This document shows positions 58,001 to 64,000 of a stretch of DNA of 64,000 bases, piece after piece (within the stretch, counting starts at the first letter, position 1; every line of letters starts with the position of its first letter). The notes under the pieces were generated by a model. It made no database searches, was not told where the DNA came from, and saw only the letters and a list, made by a program, of their open reading frames with translations. Position numbers and translations under genes: made by a program. Location of the stretch: assembly GCA_016929635.1 (NCBI GenBank), contig JAFGIL010000010.1:829-64828 (forward strand), given 5' to 3'. The stretch is from Endomicrobiales bacterium. GTDB lineage: Bacteria; Elusimicrobiota; Endomicrobiia; Endomicrobiales; JAFGIL01.

Positions 58001-61000
58001 AAGCATTTTGTAAATATGATGCGAATTCAGCTACTGAATCAGTGACTGAAACTCCATTTTTAAGAATATCCTCCCTTGCTATAAAATCCCAGTAGATATC
58101 AACTATATTAGTATCTAATCTTACACCCTGTAAGTAATTAATCATAAATTGCCTTGTCAGCATCCGGATTAATTCATTTATTTTTTGTTCAACCTCCGGA
58201 GTAAATTCATCTTCAAAATCTCTTATTATTCCCATATATATGTGCTTAAAAGCAAGATATGTGGAGTATTCAAAATAAGAAATTCTTTCAAATATCTCGC
58301 TGGAGATTTTCCTGGAGTTTAATATTCTTATTAAATTATGGAAGTTATCTGAAGTTCTTTCAGTTGTAATATCTAAACCACTAATCTGCAAATATACACT
58401 CATTAACTCATATTGAGATGTATCCGGAACATTTAAAGCTAGATACTCATCAACTTCGTGTTTAGGAATAAGACTTATCAGTTCAATAGGCGTTCTTCTT
58501 ATCGCTCCTTCTGTGATTTGAATGATTTTATTTCCATCCGCGCTAACAACAACTCTTGCATCTGCCATTTTACCATCATCAGTAACTATATATTCAACGG
58601 GAATTATTTCCAATCCATAATCATCACTGAATTGATTATATGAATCCTCTAATGCAAGAAGCTTATTATACATCGACCTGCTTGTTCTTCTGTATTTTTC
58701 TCTTATTTGTTCCAAAGACAATGGGACATATTCTCTCTGGGCTGATTTTAACTCCCCAAAAACACTGTCTGTAATTTGTGCAGATATCCTCTGCAAATTA
58801 CTTTCTGCCGTTAACCACACAGAAAGCTCTTCAATAGGTTTAAATATCCTTTCTATTATCTCTGCAAACAACTCAAGGACTCTGCCTCTTTTAACACCAA
58901 GGGCAACTTCAGGCAATTGGGTGCTGCTCCTATTTTCCTTAATTCTCGATACTATTTCTTCCATTTCCTCGCGTGAAGTCTTTATATCCTTTATTTCCCA
59001 ATCATCTTTCTCCTTTGAATAAAAAGAATTGACTTCCGATAGGAGTAAATCCAGTTTATCAGCAGGTATATGTTTGAATATTTCTTCTAGCTCTTCAGGA
59101 GAATGAGAAACAATTACTCTAGAAATACTATACCCACTATTAGTTTCAAAAGCACTCAATTCATCTTGATTTAAACTGTTAAAATCATAAGCCGCTTCAC
59201 TTAAAATACTTGCCCTTAGTTCTACTGGTAAGTTTTTAAAAGCTGATATAAATTGAATATGTAGCCCCGCGCCAAAAAACAACAATTTTCCAGCAGCTTT
59301 TAATCCCTGATTCCCGAAACGAGACAACAATATAAAAGTATTCTCAATTTCAGCAACTGCCCAAGATACATTCTCACCTGCCAATTCTTGTATTCTATCA
59401 AGTTTATCTTCAAATACTCTAAACAATCTATGAACAGAAAGTTGCTTATCCATCTCAGAGATGACTTCTAATGCCCAATCATATTCCCTTTTATAGAATT
59501 CTTCAAAACTTGTCGCAAACCTTTCGTAACCAACTTGTGCTCTTGATTGGAAGTAAGAGATGTAATAACTCTGTTCCTCATCTTCCTGAGATCTATTCAA
59601 CTTAACAGCACCTTCTATATCTTGAGGCCTGTTAAAAACTTTCTCTATCGCTACTGCCTGCCTTGCCAACGTAAGGGCAAGTTCTGAAGCTTCCCTGTCA
59701 ATTAAAAATATATCATCAGCATATTCTGCTGAGGCGCGCATAAGCCCGCCATCCGGATTTAATACTGCCTTTTCTTTTTTTGTCGCTTGTTCATAGCTAA
59801 TAATCTTATCCTGAGATTTGCTATAAACAAACCGATGTGCTCTGCCTGGATAACGGTCCCCCACAAGACCTTCACCAAGGCCCTGGGCTATTTCTATTAC
59901 TACAGTATCAGTATTGTGCTCATCGGGATCCGCAGTATAAATTACGAAAGAATAATCCGCATCTACTGCTTCAGTTATCTGCACCGCAGGATATACATCA
60001 AAATGATCCAATCCCATTTTTTGTCTCTCAAGATAAGCCCCCACACTCCAGATAGATGCCCAAACGTGTTTTACTGCCATCTTTACATCTTCATCCATAA
60101 CATTAGAAAATGTACCATATTGACCCATGCCAAGGCCCGGATATTCATCTAAATCTTCACCATTTGTCCCGACTCGCACGAACACACCATTATCTCTGAA
60201 AGTTAAGTCTTCAATAGCATTTTTTATACTGTGTCTTCCAAAAATCCTACCATGAACTTCTACTTCAGGCTTATCCCAGATAGAATCCGGGATATTCATT
60301 CCAAGAATAAGCTCCCGCACCCTAGAAAGTCTTGTAATAATGTCATTTATATCATTATTGTTTATAGTCTTAACAATATTTACAATTTCTGTTTCAACTC
60401 CGGGATTTGCATCTAAAACTCTTTTAAACGTTGCATAAGGTAAAACAGGACCCCAATTTACACGACTTGCATTTTCGTCACCCGAATATTCAGCATTATA
60501 AACTGACAATCCAGTTGATAATTTATGTAGATTTGCAAATTTGCTGCTGGCTTCTCTTGGATTTCGTGTTTCACTCCATTCAAGAACATTCTTAGGTGTT
60601 GTTAAATCAACTTCAGCAAGTTCAGGTTTTGGTTTTTTAGGCTTGTATGACTCATAATCAGATATCTCCTGGTCAGTTGCCAGCCTTAACTCAACATTAT
60701 CTTTCTCTACCTTTATATAAACCCATTTATCTTTAAATTTTTCCAGATCAGCAAGGTTTTGGCTGTTCAAAACAATATGCGGTATCCCCCAAGCACGGGC
60801 ACGTCCCTGAGCATGAGACAGCCCTGCCGGTTCATCACAGGTTATTATACCCATAGGTCTTGCATAAGTCGGATCTGCGGTAGGATAATATTCAATTGCT
60901 ACAATCTCATTGTCCTTAATTGCCCAAAGTTGCTCAAAATCAGAAATGTCAGATATAATTCTTAAAACACCAACACTTTCTCCAATAACTTTTGGTGTAT

Positions 61001-63962
61001 ATCTAGTTTCTGATGAAGTTTTTATTAACAAGGCTTCATGTTTTTCTAGTGCCTGTGAATTATATCTATAATGTTCAATGAATGTAACTATGATTAACCT
61101 GGCGAGTGTTCTGATAAACCTGAGGTGGGTATATTTTAATGTTTCGTTATATGCTTGGCTCAACGCCTTTTGAATCTGGCTCATACCTGCTTCCATCTGT
61201 TTCATATACTGTTCAGGACTGCCCCTTAAATCATGACCTTTTAAGAATTTTTGCAGTCTTTCATCGTTTGCAATACCGTTTTCAAGCCCAAACATATAAA
61301 TCATTAATATTTCAAACAGCTCAAATGCAGGTGCAATGTATTTTGCTGCAATCCTGAGCCTTAAAGATGGTTTTGCCCCAGCGTAAAAATCATCCAGGTC
61401 TTTTTTTGCGTTCCAGAACCAGAATAACGGGATTAACCATTTAATCACTTTTACAGTGCTTGCTTTCATAAGAAAATCTGCTTGATCTTTTTCTTCCGCT
61501 GTATCGGGTATTTGGTTTTTCATTTTAATAGTAAACTTAATTCCTTTTTTTCCGTCTTTTTCCCATTTTTCCGCTACAACTGCAGCACCTAAAGCCGACA
61601 CATACATGTGTAAATTCTGAAGCCACCATTCAAAACCATAGCTTACAGATCCTGATGCATTCTTCATCGGCTCTCTTAAAATATAGTCATTCGAATAAGG
61701 AGACTGCAGAGCCCTATTTATTTTGGACAACTGTTCCCCGCTCTCATCATTAATTAAATGACAAACACATACATACTCAATAACGATTTCATCGTCGCTT
61801 TGTTTAGCATTGAAATAACTGTTCTGATCAACCATTCCCATTTCCCTGGAGACCTTCCAGAGGTTTAATAAAAGATTATACATCGCTGCATGGTCAAAAG
61901 AAGCATAGGTATCGCCATCTTCAACATTGATTTTTACCCAGGTATCCGGCAATGTAGTCGTAACCCAATGTTTCAGCTCTTCCTGTGACACTAAAGGTTC
62001 TCTTGAGATAAGCAGATTTATTCTTCTAATTGCGTTCAGCATAATTGCCATACGGGAATCAGGTAAACCTAACCTTTGACATATATCATCATTTGATGCC
62101 AGGTAATCACTAATTATCTGCATGTTTCTTTTCATTGAAACTCTTATTTCGGTGCCATCTAGCATAAGCAATCCCAAATTGACTGATGACTCTCCTTTTT
62201 CCCTAACATCTCTTTCCCATTTGGCAAATTCTGTCTGCCATGCTTTAAATCTTTTGTCATTTTTAGACAAATCCATGTAAACATTTCTCATTTCAGGAAT
62301 TCCGTCAATACCCATACCCAAATAACCCCGCAGCAAGGCTACCTGATTATCCAGATCCTCAGCTCTTTCCTGCAGGCTTAATGCATCCCCGAACCCTTCA
62401 GGCACGGATGTTGTTACTGGTTTCTTATAATACTTATCATATTCTTCCTGGGCAATTTGCTGATATAAGTTATCATATACATTCCTCATTATAAATTCCG
62501 TTGCTTTATTACGAATACCCAACGCTGTTGAAAGCAGTTCTCTTGGATATTTATTAAGCATTACAATCTTTATTCTATCATCAACTTGCTCATCAAAAAT
62601 TACTTCAAGCACATTGTAAAGTTCTTTATAATATTCAAAACCTATGTCTGTAGGCAAATTATGAGCCACTAAAATCGGCTTTAACTGGCTCCAATATTGC
62701 TCGATCTGTTCAATAGACGCTTTATAAATAAACTCCCACTCATCAGAAAAAGTTAATCCTGTTTCCTGTTCATAGATATCCGCTAATTCATCCCCTAAAC
62801 CATGCTCCCTGCCGCTCTTTCTAAGATCCATTCGTGTAACGTAAAGCACATATCCGCGTTTATTAAATCTTTGTTTCTCTCCTAAGGGAGTAAATGGCAT
62901 ATACAGCATATCAGCCAAAGGAGGGGTTGATTCTTTGGGCCTTGAAGTAAAATTTCCTGCGTCTAGCAACCGTACCTTTCCATCAATCAGCCCATACTGT
63001 TTCATATATCCATCTGCAAGATATCCGCCACGCCTCATTGCTTCTATATCAAGCCTTGCTTTTTGCCTTACTATATCTTTAGCTCTGGCAGAATCTCCGT
63101 CCTGCAAAGCTTTCTCAAGGGCTTTAGGCAATTCCTCTGCTTCAATTTGATAGATTACATGTTTAAAATCATGCTTTCTTCCTTTACTTGAAAACTTTGC
63201 CCTGAGACCGATAGCCACATCTGCAATTAAATCAGGAATCAACCTTCGGGCTTCCATGTATCCTCTGGTTGTAAATAATTCCGCCATAAAAGGTGTTCTT
63301 CCTGTTCTACTATGAATAATTTTCATAACAAACGAAAGTCTTCCTTGAGGACGGTCCTTAGAAGTACGACGATATACATCTGTCTCATATCCTTCAGTTA
63401 TTACATCATCAAAAGTACCCCTGGATGCCATCCTCATCATTTCACTAACCGTATATACTCCACCTATCCTTCTAGCTTGGTCTTGCTCCTGAATGGCACG
63501 ATACTCCTGTGATTCTAATAAATCGTTAAAGGCCTTTTCCCACTGTTCTATTATTTCATCATCCACTTGCACTTCTTTTGCTTTAACTGTTTGTACTTCT
63601 TCATCCTTAGCTGCTTGTCCCGTAGAACTGATGTATTGATTTACTATTGCAGCAACTATTTCAGCCTGCCTTCTGGTTCTTAGCGCCCGGAAAGGACTTA
63701 CTTTCATCACATCATCAGCTGTTACTGTCCTTCCTGTCACCAGCTTGCCGAGTTGTGAATTTGCCAGCTTTACCCCTGATAATGCATTTCTAAGTGAAGG
63801 ATGTGCTTTTAACTCCGACCTTAATTCCTTTAGACTCACTGTTTGCCGCCCTGATGAGCTACGGCTCATACTCGTCAGAGGCCACCATTCCGGTAAAATG
63901 CCTTTTAAGACCAAATAGTTATTATGTGAATGAAATTCTTTGCTCGGGAAAATCGAAAGCAA
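55092..63962 (-). CDS. Second giant protein, >=2,956 aa, with a GWD-like dikinase module (5' end uncertain or possibly outside the window)
   Basis: 8.9-kb ORF. The track start is a TTG, and the frame has no stop between 63962 and the window end at 64000. The first ATG is at 63869. Contains a PEP-utilizer His domain, a PPDK_N-type ATP-grasp, kinase-like segments, and a module shared with the 7,833-aa protein. Confidence 0.8.
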   Translation of the reverse strand: MLSIFPSKEFHSHNNYLVLKGILPEWWPLTSMSRSSSGRQTVSLKELRSELKAHPSLRNALSGVKLANSQLGKLVTGRTVTADDVMKVSPFRALRTRRQAEIVAAIVNQYISSTGQAAKDEEVQTVKAKEVQVDDEIIEQWEKAFNDLLESQEYRAIQEQDQARRIGGVYTVSEMMRMASRGTFDDVITEGYETDVYRRTSKDRPQGRLSFVMKIIHSRTGRTPFMAELFTTRGYMEARRLIPDLIADVAIGLRAKFSSKGRKHDFKHVIYQIEAEELPKALEKALQDGDSARAKDIVRQKARLDIEAMRRGGYLADGYMKQYGLIDGKVRLLDAGNFTSRPKESTPPLADMLYMPFTPLGEKQRFNKRGYVLYVTRMDLRKSGREHGLGDELADIYEQETGLTFSDEWEFIYKASIEQIEQYWSQLKPILVAHNLPTDIGFEYYKELYNVLEVIFDEQVDDRIKIVMLNKYPRELLSTALGIRNKATEFIMRNVYDNLYQQIAQEEYDKYYKKPVTTSVPEGFGDALSLQERAEDLDNQVALLRGYLGMGIDGIPEMRNVYMDLSKNDKRFKAWQTEFAKWERDVREKGESSVNLGLLMLDGTEIRVSMKRNMQIISDYLASNDDICQRLGLPDSRMAIMLNAIRRINLLISREPLVSQEELKHWVTTTLPDTWVKINVEDGDTYASFDHAAMYNLLLNLWKVSREMGMVDQNSYFNAKQSDDEIVIEYVCVCHLINDESGEQLSKINRALQSPYSNDYILREPMKNASGSVSYGFEWWLQNLHMYVSALGAAVVAEKWEKDGKKGIKFTIKMKNQIPDTAEEKDQADFLMKASTVKVIKWLIPLFWFWNAKKDLDDFYAGAKPSLRLRIAAKYIAPAFELFEILMIYMFGLENGIANDERLQKFLKGHDLRGSPEQYMKQMEAGMSQIQKALSQAYNETLKYTHLRFIRTLARLIIVTFIEHYRYNSQALEKHEALLIKTSSETRYTPKVIGESVGVLRIISDISDFEQLWAIKDNEIVAIEYYPTADPTYARPMGIITCDEPAGLSHAQGRARAWGIPHIVLNSQNLADLEKFKDKWVYIKVEKDNVELRLATDQEISDYESYKPKKPKPELAEVDLTTPKNVLEWSETRNPREASSKFANLHKLSTGLSVYNAEYSGDENASRVNWGPVLPYATFKRVLDANPGVETEIVNIVKTINNNDINDIITRLSRVRELILGMNIPDSIWDKPEVEVHGRIFGRHSIKNAIEDLTFRDNGVFVRVGTNGEDLDEYPGLGMGQYGTFSNVMDEDVKMAVKHVWASIWSVGAYLERQKMGLDHFDVYPAVQITEAVDADYSFVIYTADPDEHNTDTVVIEIAQGLGEGLVGDRYPGRAHRFVYSKSQDKIISYEQATKKEKAVLNPDGGLMRASAEYADDIFLIDREASELALTLARQAVAIEKVFNRPQDIEGAVKLNRSQEDEEQSYYISYFQSRAQVGYERFATSFEEFYKREYDWALEVISEMDKQLSVHRLFRVFEDKLDRIQELAGENVSWAVAEIENTFILLSRFGNQGLKAAGKLLFFGAGLHIQFISAFKNLPVELRASILSEAAYDFNSLNQDELSAFETNSGYSISRVIVSHSPEELEEIFKHIPADKLDLLLSEVNSFYSKEKDDWEIKDIKTSREEMEEIVSRIKENRSSTQLPEVALGVKRGRVLELFAEIIERIFKPIEELSVWLTAESNLQRISAQITDSVFGELKSAQREYVPLSLEQIREKYRRTSRSMYNKLLALEDSYNQFSDDYGLEIIPVEYIVTDDGKMADARVVVSADGNKIIQITEGAIRRTPIELISLIPKHEVDEYLALNVPDTSQYELMSVYLQISGLDITTERTSDNFHNLIRILNSRKISSEIFERISYFEYSTYLAFKHIYMGIIRDFEDEFTPEVEQKINELIRMLTRQFMINYLQGVRLDTNIVDIYWDFIAREDILKNGVSVTDSVAEFASYLQNALPQILKYHLVREIDDNLQLIDIAGRGVNAFGMIVNDNADRDSVGSPKVKLLKLCRHERFVDLFLKEMQILYKLNENKVAGAPELDEKSETGEYWGRAILMEYLEGDNLYGLSEEAGKITWEFFRELEAIGDQVAECGYFVSSHFLFNIIVRDGHPYFYDVEHFEEVTDTKAENREQIGKIKRQVIELWLTKYGMDRSSESHIFALISEVEDRMKNDSNLILSEAAKAVLLDIGEYNPAKNVPIKPELKYSQSPVLAALGSVAAQAPLLESFERNARSPQGIFAGVVQVIADKFRSEHDTPNAVISGIEIAGKTVSIKSLVKKVVKNTMDRCRFLRENFGVAQSPTVYFINDSGETDTVAQDRMNAIAGAGFNVIRFAGYAESSQVKDYLELKPNLVLNYEGAAKAFRVWAEVIPTQNGSAINLHIQNPEEVLGDIEDLDVDALLRLLAVEFWKNVHKNGGLVRQLKELGLPSRFQDGSLLMPDIVISSAGREGFDQDIPNISSPETSVDEIDRDTLLGNAHIIQGKDDIEEFKIDLCQIARQKSVESFARGTGLAVEVGLWQRGINTITDIAGLISKPSDGSVMERSGIVRIDNLVENGSLNLGWLDESQLGEMEEMGSEMAPKEAVVDKDKAMQSQISMLVKTAGKSGKKLVAGCNISSIEDLSNTDKITLIKTLGFDGVHFNINLEGRMDFSDFQDLFNLMDDKDFLVSISFGADIRNAEEIKNIIQSRYGSFVIEHLITDPDQIPEVAEGSNEALKLNFTELVVDKETETRIRNITLKAGKSGAVWLTLDNDFAEAESVARAQVAELQILNLITNIMGPRTPEEKKKEAYNLGYKFDHGIKVKELHEELFNEILGILEEESDEVSEGQKIAEILSKFDKEEFTVKTEKDIKRDRVVFDGIRRRVLSYKEIYEQAAVSDRAQIYAEFEQYLLGIIDKIRDLKIKESLKDLLDDSFDTALHQAITSAA
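56580..56980 (-). other. Module shared with the 7,833-aa protein (copy in the second giant ORF)
   Basis: See 15440..15880. Anchors conserved in the same order: VxF, AG[IF]NxIRFA, [TA]ES, FR[IV]xAE, NG, LHI, LGLP. Confidence 0.65.
57500..57950 (-). other. Protein-kinase-like segment with a degenerate catalytic loop (approximate bounds)
   Basis: Gly-rich IAGRGVNAFG, VKLLKL, FLKEMQILYKL, hinge-like ILMEYLEG, SSHFLFNIIV (no HxD Asp) and PYFYDVEHF. Pattern-level resemblance only. Confidence 0.3.
59600..60560 (-). other. PEP synthase / PPDK / glucan-water-dikinase type ATP-grasp nucleotide-binding domain (PPDK_N-like)
   Basis: FVRVGTNGEDLDEYPGLGMGQYGTFSNV (compare VRSSAxxEDLPxxSFAGQxxTFLNV), VKHVWASIWSVGAYLERQKMGL, PAVQITEAVDADYSFVIYTADP and IEIAQGLGEGLVGD. 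Confidence 0.75.
60660..61010 (-). other. PEP-utilising-enzyme mobile (phosphohistidine swivel) domain
   Basis: VAIEYYPTADPTYARPMGIITCDEPAGLSHAQGRARAWGIPHIVL matches the G-G-x-T/S-S-H-A-A-I-x-A-R-x-x-G-I-P signature. The putative phospho-His codon is at 60813..60815. Confidence 0.7.
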
Positions 63963-64000
63963 TAATAAAGTGGTAAAAATAATATAGGTTAGCGTGGGTG

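Noticed and set aside
63869-63962. The TTG at 63962 as the true start of the second giant ORF.
   Set aside because: The frame has no stop between 63962 and the window end, so the track start only reflects where the window stops. The real start is either the ATG at 63869 or lies beyond 64000. I kept the track coordinates but flagged the uncertainty.

Overview
All genes I can support in this AT-rich 64-kb window are on the minus strand. The plus-strand ORFs in the track look like antisense shadows. The backbone is a diderm envelope and housekeeping region. It holds LPS transport and core/Kdo/heptose biosynthesis genes (lptA fragment, lptC, lpxL-like, kdsC, kdsA, kdsB, heptose kinase, gmhB, lpxK, GT2/GT4/PIG-L/O-antigen-ligase-like; further along waaA, three GT9 heptosyltransferase-like genes, one fused to DUF374). 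It also holds secD-secF, yajC, tgt, a HEAT-repeat protein and two paralogous HD-domain genes. Two very large ORFs dominate the window. One is an uninterrupted 23.5-kb ORF (12978..36479, 7,833 aa) with a signal peptide, six clusters of transmembrane helices, a TPR block, an HExxHxxxxxH motif, a J-domain-like segment with HTD in place of HPD, and internal ~170-aa duplications. The other is an ORF of at least 2,956 aa (55092..63962, frame still open at the window edge). It carries a phosphohistidine swivel domain followed by a PEP-synthase/PPDK-type ATP-grasp domain, which is the glucan-water-dikinase domain order. The two giants share at least one clearly homologous module, so they look like paralogous members of an uncharacterised giant-protein family. 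The larger one sits inside an otherwise ordinary LPS cluster. The window also contains a REP-associated tyrosine transposase (RAYT) flanked by inverted REP hairpins. Further REP copies rewrite the C-termini of two glycosyltransferase genes. A second family of small GC-rich hairpin repeats lies 3' of both giant genes. A 95-bp perfect-armed palindromic element lies upstream of secD. There is one perfect sigma70-consensus promoter and several intrinsic terminators. I saw no rRNA, tRNA or CRISPR array. All domain calls rest on motif recognition by eye; no HMM, BLAST or structure search was run.
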